Assembly (NCBI GenBank): GCA_963716395.1
Contig: OY970309.1
Location: 2,281,365-2,345,364 of the forward strand
Reading direction: 5' to 3'
Source of the DNA: an uncultured Fibrobacteria bacterium
GTDB taxonomy: Bacteria > Fibrobacterota > Fibrobacteria > UBA11236
DNA length: 64,000 nucleotides
Both the position numbers and the translations under genes were made by a program. This document shows, one piece after another, positions 37,286 through 48,887 of this stretch. Below the pieces are notes generated by a model that made no database searches, had not been told where the DNA came from, and saw only the letters and a program-made list of their open reading frames with translations. Positions within the stretch are counted from its first letter, which is position 1; each line of letters begins with the position of its first letter.

Positions 37286-38728
37286 CTAACGGGCATGTTT
37301 TTCTCTTTTGCCACGATTATTTGCGGGGCGGCTCCAACCCCTGTAATTAAACCGAGGTTGAAATTTTCGTGTTGTATTTGAAGTCGGAGTTGTCCTTTGC
37401 CATCCATTATGGTTGGGCGGCCTGAAATTTTCGTGGGGCCGCGGCGGCCGCTGGGCTTGCGGGATGGGGCGCCTTCCTGGATTAATAGACCGCGGGGGAA
37501 TTTCCGAATTCGTTTCGCCCCTTCTTTGCCATCCGTGAAACTGCTGGTCTACGTGGTTCGGCCTTGCAAAATCCTGTTTTTCCTGAACGGCATTTCGTTG
37601 TACTCCCCTCTGAATATCGCGACGGTGGGGTGGGCTCCCGGATGAAATGGAAAGCGGACGCATTTTTTCCAGATTTACCCTTTCGCCGCCATGATGCGGT
37701 GATGTCCAAATACCCGTAGATCGCGAATCCCGATGGTTCCAACCTGAATGATATCTCTCTTCAAAATGGTTCTCCCACCCTTCATCCCGCCGGTGCTCCC
37801 AACGCTCATGCACGAACACCGGGTCATATCCCAATCCCCGCGATTCAAAATCGAAGGAAGCATAGAACCCCCGATGCAAGGAGGCGTCGGAGTAGTAATC
37901 TCCGAAATAATAATGGTCGTCATCTGACCGAAGAAAAAGATGGTTGGGAAGTACGGCTAAATCAATTTCATCGTGAGGACGATAACGATAATGTCGCCAT
38001 CCGTGATCATGATGTTCGAAATAAACCGGCGCAAAGAGAACGCCGCGCCGGTCAAAGGCATAATCCCAATATCCGCCGACGAATACGTAACCATTCGGAG
38101 TCCAGCTATAATAGCTGGGGCACCAATCCCAATCAGCCTCTCCTAACATCCAATAACCGGGGCTCCAATCGTACCTGCCTTGAGTCCAAACCCAGCATCC
38201 CGGCACCCAGACATAATCATCGGAAGGCGCGGGAAGGTCGGGCCCGTCCTCCAGCGTGGCCGGAGGATCCGGTAAATAAACGGTGGCCGTGCTGTCGGCG
38301 GCATCCGCCCAATAACCGGAAACCCATTGATATCCTCCGACGACTTTGACCCATTCACCGGATACCCACTGTCGTCCCGGTGGTGTCGCCCGCCAGATGC
38401 CGCTCACCCAAATAAAGTCGTGGCGATCCACATCCCAAGCCCAGTAACCCGGAATCCAGACCACATGGTCACCTTCCGGTTTTACGGAGGGAGGAATTTC
38501 GCGGATGTTTTCCGGAGGTTTTTTCGGAACGACGCTTCCCGGCGTGGGTTGGTAGGATTCGGCTTCTGCAAAGGCTTCGTGAACGGGACCGCTCGTTAAG
38601 GTTTGCTCCTGGGAGACCGGTGTATCGGTCGAATCGGCAAAGGAAAAGATTATTCCCTGGCCCAGGCAAAACCAGAATACGCTGATTGCCAGCGAGAGTT
38701 GCCGAAATGGGATGGGCGACGCATACAT
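37286..38728 (-). CDS. Secreted hypothetical protein with tandem aromatic (Y/W)xWxxGxW repeats and a long His/Arg/Asp/Gly/Pro-rich basic C-terminal tail
   Basis: Likely start at ATG 38728 (MYASPIPFRQLSLAISVFWFCLGQGIIFSFA signal). Repeats WIPGYWAWD, IWVSGIWR, QWVSGEWVK, YQWVSGYWAD, YVWVPGCWVW and WSPGYWM (WXXGXW-like). The tail has RP-rich repeats such as PQAQRPPRPHENFRPPNHNGWQR. The ORF-track start at 39166 overlaps the neighbouring gene and looks spurious. Confidence 0.55.
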   Translation of the reverse strand: MYASPIPFRQLSLAISVFWFCLGQGIIFSFADSTDTPVSQEQTLTSGPVHEAFAEAESYQPTPGSVVPKKPPENIREIPPSVKPEGDHVVWIPGYWAWDVDRHDFIWVSGIWRATPPGRQWVSGEWVKVVGGYQWVSGYWADAADSTATVYLPDPPATLEDGPDLPAPSDDYVWVPGCWVWTQGRYDWSPGYWMLGEADWDWCPSYYSWTPNGYVFVGGYWDYAFDRRGVLFAPVYFEHHDHGWRHYRYRPHDEIDLAVLPNHLFLRSDDDHYYFGDYYSDASLHRGFYASFDFESRGLGYDPVFVHERWEHRRDEGWENHFEERYHSGWNHRDSRSTGIWTSPHHGGERVNLEKMRPLSISSGSPPHRRDIQRGVQRNAVQEKQDFARPNHVDQQFHGWQRRGETNSEIPPRSINPGRRPIPQAQRPPRPHENFRPPNHNGWQRTTPTSNTTRKFQPRFNYRGWSRPANNRGKREKHAR

Positions 38729-39056
38729 GGGTTTACTTCTTTTTAACCCTACCCTGAATATACTCGGAACCGAGAGCCCCATGAGCTTTCGTTTCAAAAT
38801 GATGGGGTTTCGAGGCGGTGTATCACCGGCTGGAAAGAAAACGTTACACGCCGAATCATCGTCGGAGACGAAGGTAAAAGCGCCGCTCAACGAAAAGCAC
38901 ATAGACCACCGCCGGAATTTTTTCCCTGCGCTACCAGTTGGGCATGGGAAGCGGCGGTTGGGGGCGAGAAGCAGGAAGCAGGCGAGTTTCGAGTTCATGG
39001 TTATCTCCCGATGAATTGTTGTTCCTGTCGTTCTGGCGACGGAGTGTTTTGGAAGT

Positions 39057-39692
39057 TCAGTGTTGCACCCCGCGTTGCGGGGCGGAACGTCCATGCGGGG
39101 CATGGAAAGGATTTTGCCTGCCTGTATTTCTCCCGTAAGATCGGCCGTCGTGATTCTCGGAATCATAACCGTCGCGGTTTCTATGATCGCCGCGATATCC
39201 GCCGTTGCCTTTTATTTCACGGTCATCGCCTCGGCGGCGGTGGCCGCCCTGCCGGGAGTTATCGTGATATTCATCGCGATATCTGCGCGAATACTCACCA
39301 TGACGGTCAAAGCCGCCGCGCCGCATTTCGATGCGTCGTTCCGGACGCCGTTCAATTACCCAGACGCGGCGTCCATGCACGATGCGCAGCATACGGTAGG
39401 GATGATCCACCACCAGCACACGCGGGTTGACGGCATCGCAACTTGGGGATGCGTATTCTATCGGCGCCGTAGTTTCCTCGGTCACAATTTGTGGTTGATC
39501 GCCATCGTCCCATGTTTTGGCGATGGTGACTTGAGCATGGGGAAGACCGAAGGATATGGCGATCCCGCCGTCTGCGCGCGCGGGTGTTGCGGACAACAAC
39601 GCGGCGGAGGCAATGCCGGCCAACAAGCCGGCGACGGTTCGGCCTTGGATTAAACCGGCCCAATGGGACTGGGTTTGGTAGTGAGTTTTCAT
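39057..39692 (-). CDS. Secreted hypothetical protein with an Arg/Asp/His/Gly/Tyr-rich low-complexity C-terminal half
   Basis: ATG 39692 preceded by AGGAGG (spacing 7). Signal peptide MKTHYQTQSHWAGLIQGRTVAGLLAGIASAALLSATPARA. C-terminus RRYRDEYHDNSRQGGHRRRGDDREIKGNGGYRGDHRNRDGYDSENHDGRSYGR. Confidence 0.5.
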   Translation of the reverse strand: MKTHYQTQSHWAGLIQGRTVAGLLAGIASAALLSATPARADGGIAISFGLPHAQVTIAKTWDDGDQPQIVTEETTAPIEYASPSCDAVNPRVLVVDHPYRMLRIVHGRRVWVIERRPERRIEMRRGGFDRHGEYSRRYRDEYHDNSRQGGHRRRGDDREIKGNGGYRGDHRNRDGYDSENHDGRSYGRNTGRQNPFHAPHGRSAPQRGVQH

Positions 39693-40159
39693 AAGACGCC
39701 TCCTGGTCTTTGGTTTGGAATAGTTCATACCCCAGTCAAAACAAGATTCGGGCCAATTCGAGAAACACCGATTTTGGCCAAAACGCAGGTTCTGATGCGA
39801 AAAACCGCCCAACATCTTTACAGGTGTCCACCCCTTGGGGAGGTGTGGCGGTTCAGTCTTTTAAGGCTTGCCGTGAAGCCGAATCAATGGAAAAGTGAAC
39901 GCTGAGGGACGAAAACAGGATCTGGTCGAATTCGAAACCTTACAGCCCCCGAAAGGGGATCCATGAGTTGGCGTGAATGTTCGGTCGCAAACTGGATGTG
40001 TGTTCTCAGAACATTCCCAATTCGGCTCTCCCTTTCTCTTTCAAAAAGGGAAAAGGTGGTTACGAATCGTTCTGGGCGGCACTTTTTTGAAGTGCCCGGA
40101 AGTGGCTTATTTTAAGTGCCCACTCACATCACGACTAATTTTAAGATGGCCTCTGGGCA

Positions 40160-41194
40160 TTACTTGGTATACAACACAAGCTGCGGGCCGTATAGTTGGG
40201 GTGATACAAAATCCTTGGAAAACATGTAAAGAGTTGCCGCAGTCTTGGATTCTATGGCGATGGAGAGAGTATCGGAAACGGCGACAGAATCGGAGAAGAA
40301 CCGAGTTACATCCAGCGTCATCAAACCGATGCTGTCAAGCGGGAGGTAGTGATCTGCGGCTGTGGGAACAAACCCTACCGAGGAGTCAACAATCTGAAGC
40401 GAGTTTCGCAGAGCAGTGGAATTACTCCATCTAATTCCGCTTGCCGAAGCTGGATTCATACTGCCTGCAGGCGGTACATATTGAGGAAAATCTTCATAGG
40501 CAACGTCATAATTGTTGTGCTTCGCTCCGTCGAAATAATACCAGTTCCCGGCTCCCTCGGCCCATGATCCAGAAACCGAACAGGTATACAAGAGGTAATC
40601 GGTCGCCGCTGGAGAAGCCATTCCGTGAAGTACCAATTCCGCTTTTTGGATTTTTTTTCCGGCCAATGTGCTTTTGATGCCGGTGAAGCCCACCAACACA
40701 ATGCCGTCCGGATACAACCGCAAGTCAGATCCCAATCCGACATTCCAATCCTCAGAATCAATACCCACGTCTTGCGCCGCATAAATCGTTTTGGGAGAGG
40801 TTGGGGCCACCTTACCCACATCGCATTTGCCATCCAATTGTATTCCGGAAATGGAAACGGTTTGCGTATCGCTGTCTTTTTTAAAAGAACACTCCAGATT
40901 ATAGCGCCCCATTTTCAAAGTTGAGAATTGAAAATGACCCACATCATCTGTTCTTGACGAATCGAAAACGCCAACATTTTCAATCGCCGTTTTGGCAAGA
41001 CCAGTATCCATCGGGGCGGAAGAGACCAACACCAAGGCCTCGGAAACGGGATTTCCCTGCAAATCCAAAATGGTGCCGGAAAGCACCTCGTTCGAATCGC
41101 CAGCTCCCCTTGAGGAGAAGAGACAGGCGTTGAAAACAGATAAAATACAGATGCAAGTTAAATAACCGATCCCATTTTTCATGTTTCCGCCCAT
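40160..41194 (-). CDS. Lipoprotein with an N-terminal carboxypeptidase-regulatory-like (CarbopepD_reg) beta-sandwich domain, then an uncharacterized domain
   Basis: Lipobox LSVFNAC. GTILDLQGNPVSEALVLVSS...GHFQFSTLKMGRYNLECSF resembles the Cna-B/CarbopepD_reg fold. The gene lies in a reduced-GC region (about 48%). Confidence 0.5.
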   Translation of the reverse strand: MGGNMKNGIGYLTCICILSVFNACLFSSRGAGDSNEVLSGTILDLQGNPVSEALVLVSSAPMDTGLAKTAIENVGVFDSSRTDDVGHFQFSTLKMGRYNLECSFKKDSDTQTVSISGIQLDGKCDVGKVAPTSPKTIYAAQDVGIDSEDWNVGLGSDLRLYPDGIVLVGFTGIKSTLAGKKIQKAELVLHGMASPAATDYLLYTCSVSGSWAEGAGNWYYFDGAKHNNYDVAYEDFPQYVPPAGSMNPASASGIRWSNSTALRNSLQIVDSSVGFVPTAADHYLPLDSIGLMTLDVTRFFSDSVAVSDTLSIAIESKTAATLYMFSKDFVSPQLYGPQLVLYTK

Positions 41195-41248
41195 TGTTTG
41201 TTGTTCAAACTGTAGCAGATATTTTAACATAGAAATTGGACACCCAGT

Positions 41249-41557
41249 TCAGATTTTTAATAAGCGGGCTAAATCATTTTCTCCTTGCACCACGGCCAAG
41301 GCGTAAACTGTGATTTGTCCGGGCATTTGCGCGTTCACAGCGGCGCCTTTGGAAATCAAAAGTCTGGCGACTTCGGTATGATGTCCCCAAATCGCATCCA
41401 TCAGGGCGCTATTCCCGCTCTCGTCTTGGGCGTTTATGTTCGGCCCCTCTTCTAACAGGTACTGCACGATATCTAAATCGCCATCCAACGCCGCCTACTG
41501 CAAGGGCGTCCAGTTGATCGTAACTTGCGTATTTACGTTAGCGCCATGTTGAACCAT
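41249..41557 (-). pseudogene. Ankyrin-repeat protein gene interrupted by an in-frame TAG (at 41495..41497)
   Basis: MVQHGANVNTQVTINWTPLQ-[TAG]-AALDGDLDIVQYLLEEGPNINAQDESGNSALMDAIWGHHTEVARLLISKGAAVNAQ... The stop sits where the ANK consensus (TPLH-x-AA) has an aromatic/His residue. The ORF-track ORF 41249..41488 starts at TTG immediately after the stop. Confidence 0.45.
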
Positions 41558-41824
41558 GGCCTTGATTTCAGGTAAATTTGCGGTACGGACATTATAAAAA
41601 ATGCTATCGATTTATGCTTGAAAGATTATCGGAATTGAAAGCAAGATTAAAAATAAAATTTTCATAATCCCCTCCCATGTTCCTTTTGAAGCCTGGTAAT
41701 AAATTACATGTTTGAAAGGTGAGTATTGTACAAGATTAAATTATATTAATTGACAAGAAGGCGCGTGAAATGTGTGATTTTGAATAATCAGATTAACTTT
41801 CTCCATTGTTAAAGAAAAATTCAG

Positions 41825-42046
41825 ATGAATTTTAAAGTCTTTGAGATATTTCTTGAAGCCGGGATCATCCTGAGCCCCATCGCCGCGTTATTGGCTTACA
41901 TCATTATCTACATCGAATATGCTCGGCATTATCAAACAAAAGACAAAACCAGAAAAATCGCTTTTCAATTCGCAAAAACGGCTTTTATTTTTTTCTTTGT
42001 TGCAACTCTGATTTCCGGTATTTTGATTTCTCTTGTATATTCCTGA
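41825..42046 (+). CDS. Small hydrophobic membrane protein (73 aa, two predicted TM helices) in the AT-rich island
   Basis: ORF within a roughly 35%-GC segment. Hydrophobic composition, no homolog recognised. Confidence 0.3.
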   Translation: MNFKVFEIFLEAGIILSPIAALLAYIIIYIEYARHYQTKDKTRKIAFQFAKTAFIFFFVATLISGILISLVYS

Positions 42047-42325
42047 ATCATGGCGCGCTCATTAAAAATTGCTTTCTAGGTTATTTTTGTGAACCCAGGG
42101 TGAATGCGATTTGAGGAAAATACCGCGGGCATCGCTGTCGGGCGGCATCGGAAAATAAGTCGCCCAACGCTTCCATGTAAAACCAAGATACTTGTCGGAG
42201 ATGCGATGACGGGCGCCTCGCAGGCTACGTTCCTGCAAATGGACGAGGACTGCCGATAACATTTTCTATTTTTAATAAATACCATTAGTTCATCAAAATC
42301 CGAAATATTTTATTGGATTACTATA

Positions 42326-42679
42326 ATGTTTTCACAAACCCTTGGAACTGCACTCGGGGACTGGAAGGCAGATTCGATAGGGTTGGGGTATGTCGGCGGA
42401 GCCGCCATATTTTCAGGATTGCTTTTACTCGTTGCGGCCGGCTATTATTGGTCGAAGGTTTCCAGGACCATGCTTTTTTGCACGGCATTTATTCTTGCCA
42501 GACCGCTTGTCTCTGTGGTTGGTGATTATCTTGACAAGCCCCATTCCAGGGGCGGTTTGGCGTTGAGCCGGTATTCTGCGTCAGCCGTAATTCTTGTCTT
42601 TATCGTGGTTTGTATCTTTATTTTTCCGCAAGGGCCGCGGAAAAAGTCATTAAACAAGATTGAGCGCGTATACAGATAA
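42326..42679 (+). CDS. Membrane protein fragment (117 aa). It resembles the C-terminal half of a larger membrane-anchored protein and may be a gene remnant.
   Basis: Two TM helices (GGAAIFSGLLLLVAAGYYW and AVILVFIVVCIFIF) with no N-terminal domain. Island context. Confidence 0.3.
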   Translation: MFSQTLGTALGDWKADSIGLGYVGGAAIFSGLLLLVAAGYYWSKVSRTMLFCTAFILARPLVSVVGDYLDKPHSRGGLALSRYSASAVILVFIVVCIFIFPQGPRKKSLNKIERVYR

Positions 42680-42816
42680 AAAAATCAATTGAACACGTAG
42701 TAATTATTGCAAATTTGAGAAACCATTTCTATCTCAAAACAAATACACTTGGAAAAATTACTTATCCGTGGCTAAAATTGCCTGAACCTCAATAGTTGGG
42801 AATTGGATTTAATAAA

Positions 42817-43236
42817 ATGAATACTTGGTGGTTTTACGCCCTGTTGTCCGCATTCTTTGCCGCCTTGACGGCAATCCTCGCCAAAATTGGAATTAAAGGT
42901 GTCGATTCCGATCTGGCCACAGGAATCCGAACTGTGGTGATTCTATTCATTACGTGGGGAATAGTTTTCTTTAAAAAATCGGGCGCAAGCATATTTTCCT
43001 TATCAAGACACAGTTTGATTTTCATCTGCGCTTCCGGAGTTGCAACGGGTATTTCCTGGTTGTTTTATTTTCGGGCGCTTCAGTTGGGGAAGGTCTCCCT
43101 GGTCGCTCCCATTGACAAAGCAAGTCTGGCGATTACGATTTTACTTTCGGTTTTATTTTTGGGTGAAACGTTGACGCTTAAAACATCAATCGGGGCGGTT
43201 CTTATTTTGGCCGGAACCTTAATTCTGGTTCTATGA
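42817..43236 (+). CDS. Small EamA/DMT-superfamily transporter (4-TM, 139 aa)
   Basis: ATG 42817 (MNTWWFYALLSAFFAALTAILAKIG...). Four hydrophobic helices and an EamA-like motif pattern (ILFITWGIVFF...LFLGETLT). Confidence 0.65.
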   Translation: MNTWWFYALLSAFFAALTAILAKIGIKGVDSDLATGIRTVVILFITWGIVFFKKSGASIFSLSRHSLIFICASGVATGISWLFYFRALQLGKVSLVAPIDKASLAITILLSVLFLGETLTLKTSIGAVLILAGTLILVL

Positions 43237-43406
43237 TGTCGGAAATAAAGTATTAATTTAAAAATGGGAAACCTTATTCAAAGAAAGGCCCCCGTTTTCC
43301 TTGAAACTCTGACCTATTCCGCACACTTGGAGGTACAGCTTTAACGGAAGCAATGAAGTTTGCAATTCGTGAGAAAACCATTACTTTTTTGGGATAAAGG
43401 AAGTGC

Positions 43407-44210
43407 ATGAAGTATTTATTCATTTTCTGTAGCGGACTGCTGCTGTTGTGCGGGGGCTGTGCTACGGCGCAAGGGCAAACCAAAGTTTCACCGTCGGCGC
43501 GAAGCGCAGAGACTTTGGCCTCAGCGACCAGTGAAATTTCACCGCGCGCCGAAAGCGTATTGCGGTCGGCTTGCGATTTTCTTGCGCAAACGCCCGCTTT
43601 CAGTTTTAGCGGTGAGATCTGGCGCGAGCATATTAATGATTCCGGGCATAAAGTTCAATTCAGCCGCATGGTAGAAATGGATGTTAAACGACCGGACGGA
43701 TTGCGGCTGGAGATCAGCTCGCCCTTCTCCACGCGCGGCTTTTGGTACGACGGTAAAACACTGACGATTCTGGACCGCACGCATAATTGGTATAGCAGCG
43801 CCGCCATGCCGTCCACGCTGGATGACATGGTGGACACGGCGCGTGATGAGTATGGAATTGATTTGCCGTTGATTGACCTCGCGGTGAGCGACCCATACAA
43901 GAATGCCATAGCGAAAGTGGAAACGGCGAAGTATTATGGAATTTCCCCGGTGTTGGGCGTTCTGTGCCATCATCTGGCGTTTACGCAGGACAATGTGGAC
44001 TGGCAGATTTGGATTCAGGAAGGTCCGCAGCCGTTGATCCGAAAATTTGTCATTACGCACAAAAACGATCCCGGCCAGCCGGAATTCACCGCCTTCATCC
44101 TACATTATGACATGAACGACCGGATTACCAATACTGATTTTGAATTCAACTCGCCCGTGGGCGCATCCAAGATAGCGATGCGCAAGGTTGAATCCGGCAA
44201 TACAAAATAA
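43407..44210 (+). CDS. Periplasmic/outer-membrane lipoprotein with a LolA-like fold (tentatively DUF2092-like)
   Basis: Lipobox LLLCGGC. Size and predicted beta-rich character. Its stop overlaps the start of the next gene (TAATG). Confidence 0.55.
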   Translation: MKYLFIFCSGLLLLCGGCATAQGQTKVSPSARSAETLASATSEISPRAESVLRSACDFLAQTPAFSFSGEIWREHINDSGHKVQFSRMVEMDVKRPDGLRLEISSPFSTRGFWYDGKTLTILDRTHNWYSSAAMPSTLDDMVDTARDEYGIDLPLIDLAVSDPYKNAIAKVETAKYYGISPVLGVLCHHLAFTQDNVDWQIWIQEGPQPLIRKFVITHKNDPGQPEFTAFILHYDMNDRITNTDFEFNSPVGASKIAMRKVESGNTK

Positions 44211-45013
44211 TGATTATGAAATTTATCGCCTTTAACCGCTCTAATTTGTTAATCACGCTTTTAGCGGTTGGAATTTATTGCCCGAACCTATATGCTGCGG
44301 ACTGGGGCAGTCTGCGTGGAAACAATCGCAGCAGCGGTGCTCGCATGCAATCCGCGCCGCGTCCACAATCACAGGGGAGCCGCCAGCCGGAAATCCGCCA
44401 GCCGGAGTCGGCTCGGCATTCCGAGCCACAGGCTCGTCCGGAACAGGCGCGTCAGGATATGCAACCACCGCGTCGGCAACCGCGTCCCATTGCATACGTG
44501 CATCCCGCGCCGGCGCAGGTGAACCAGGCGCGAGCTGAGGAGTCAGACCGGGAGCGGATGGATGTCGCCCAGGAACAGCGGCAATCCTACTTCTGGTCCG
44601 ATTACCACAAAGGAATGCGGATGAACCGGTTGCCAGACGGCTACCGTCGTTTTCACGTCCATGATCACGACTATTTTTATTTTGAAGGCGTCTTTTACGA
44701 CGATGAATCGTCGGGCTACGAAGTAATCGCTCCACCGGTAGACGTGGAAATTTCAGATTTGCCCCCGGGCGCGGAAACGGTGGTTGTAGATAACACTATT
44801 TATTGTTATGCAGCCGGAGCCTTTTACCTGCAACAACCGGACGGAGGCTATCTTGTCGTGGCACCGCCAATGGACGCGACCGTATCATTGCTTCCCCCGG
44901 ACGCGGCTGAGGTAATCACCAACGGAACAGTTTATTATCTGGCCGATGGAACCTATTACATGCCGGTCATCGAAAACGGTGCGACAGTTTACCTTACGGT
45001 CCCGCAACCCTAG
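44210..45013 (+). CDS. Secreted hypothetical protein with a Gln/Arg/Pro-rich N-terminal region and a Tyr-rich C-terminal repeated domain
   Basis: Signal peptide MIMKFIAFNRSNLLITLLAVGIYCPNLYA. QPE(I/S)RQP-type repeats. Paired motifs (IYCYAAGAFYLQQPDGGYLVVAPP, VYYLADGTYYMPVIENGATVYLTVP). Translationally coupled to 43407..44210. Confidence 0.55.
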   Translation: MIMKFIAFNRSNLLITLLAVGIYCPNLYAADWGSLRGNNRSSGARMQSAPRPQSQGSRQPEIRQPESARHSEPQARPEQARQDMQPPRRQPRPIAYVHPAPAQVNQARAEESDRERMDVAQEQRQSYFWSDYHKGMRMNRLPDGYRRFHVHDHDYFYFEGVFYDDESSGYEVIAPPVDVEISDLPPGAETVVVDNTIYCYAAGAFYLQQPDGGYLVVAPPMDATVSLLPPDAAEVITNGTVYYLADGTYYMPVIENGATVYLTVPQP

Positions 45014-45190
45014 TCATTGTCGCGCGTGGATCACTGAGCACTATAGGCAAAAGGTTACACATAGGTTACGTATCCACTTTGTGTCCCTTTTTACGGACGC
45101 GATGGCAGGATTCGGTTTGGTTTGAATACCGGCAGCCGACCAAAAAAATTTTTAGATCGCTTTTATCACGCTGAATTCGGGATTTGGAAA

Positions 45191-45263
45191 TGAGCCAGGA
45201 GGGATTTGAACCCACGACCCACGCCTTAAAAGGGCGCTGCTCTACCAACTGAGCTACTGGCTC
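45191..45263 (-). tRNA. tRNA-Lys (anticodon UUU), 73 nt, no encoded CCA
   Basis: Manual fold. Perfect 7-bp acceptor stem GAGCCAG/CTGGCTC. D-stem GCTC/GAGC with G18G19. Anticodon stem GCGCC/GGCGT and loop CUUUUAA (U33, A37). T-loop TTCAAAT. One U-U mismatch in the T-stem. Confidence 0.85.
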
Positions 45264-46313
45264 CGGATTCCCACGGAGAACGGGCAAAGATAGAACCGGT
45301 CCCGGGGGCCTTGCAAGCACACCCTTGGCCATACCCAAGGTCGCCATGTACCTTGTTGCCGTGCTGGCGCGACCCGGGCCGAATTGGCGACGTCATATTC
45401 ACGTTACGGTGCTGGTCGCGGCGGCGGCTTGCGGGTCCGCGTCCGCCCAATGGCTGGGCGAGCCGGGCACCGAAGCCTTTCCCGGATTGAGCATCGACGC
45501 TTCGGCGCGCTCGGCGGGCTTGGCCGGGGCGGCCTGCGCCTTGCCCGAGGGCACCGAATCGCTGGGGGACAATCCCGCGGGACTTGTCGAAGATCGCGGC
45601 CATGCGGTATACCGCGGTTCGGTGCGGGCCCAACCCGACGGCGCCGACGCCGGCGCCGTGGCGTACGCCCAACCGTGGGGCGACCGGGCGCAAATCGCGG
45701 TGGGCGCGGGGTATCTCGATTACGGCAGCATCCAAAGTTTGGACGAGCTCGGCAACCCCACCGGAGCCACGCTGCGGCCCATGAGTTTTTACCCGGCTGC
45801 GACCTATGCCCAGCGAGACGGCGAGCATTGGCGTTGGGGCGCCACCTTCAAGATGGCTACGGAATATCTCGGCGACTTCGAGGGCTCGCAGGCCGCTTTG
45901 GGAATGGGCGCGGATGTCGGCGTACAGTATCAGCCGGCAGCCCGCAATCTCGGGTTCGGCGCTTCCCTGGTGAACGTGGGGAAAAAAATCCGGGGGCATT
46001 TTGCCGGCGATGCGGATCGGGGGGGATTTCCCACGGTGGCGAACGCCGGCTTGTTTTATCACCCCATCGGGCAGGACAAGGTCACGCTTACGGCCCAGGC
46101 CGAATTGCCTTTTTATGACGCCCCGGCGGCCGCCTTGGGGTGCGAATACCGATACTCTCCGCAATGGACGTTGCGCGCCGGCACCCGGTGGGATGTGAAC
46201 GACGTGCGCAATATCCTGGTCGAAACGGGATCGGTGGGCGGCGCCCCCCGTTACGGCAGCGCCATGAAAGCCGCGGCGGGAACCTCGCTGCAGGTGGGAG
46301 CCATCGGCGTCGA

Positions 46314-48883
<2,570 letters not shown>

Positions 48884-48887
<4 letters not shown>

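Noticed and set aside
39901-40000. Possible attachment-site repeat of the tRNA-Lys 3' end at the far edge of the low-GC island (TGGTCGAATTCGAAACC)
   Set aside because: Only a loose resemblance to a T-arm (TTCGAA). It is not a duplicate of the tRNA-Lys 3' end, so island boundaries remain undefined.
45066-45347. 93-aa ORF overlapping the tRNA-Lys gene
   Set aside because: Contains the stereotyped translation of a tRNA antisense (AQLVEQRPFKAWVVGSNPSW). It is a spurious tRNA-overlapping ORF.
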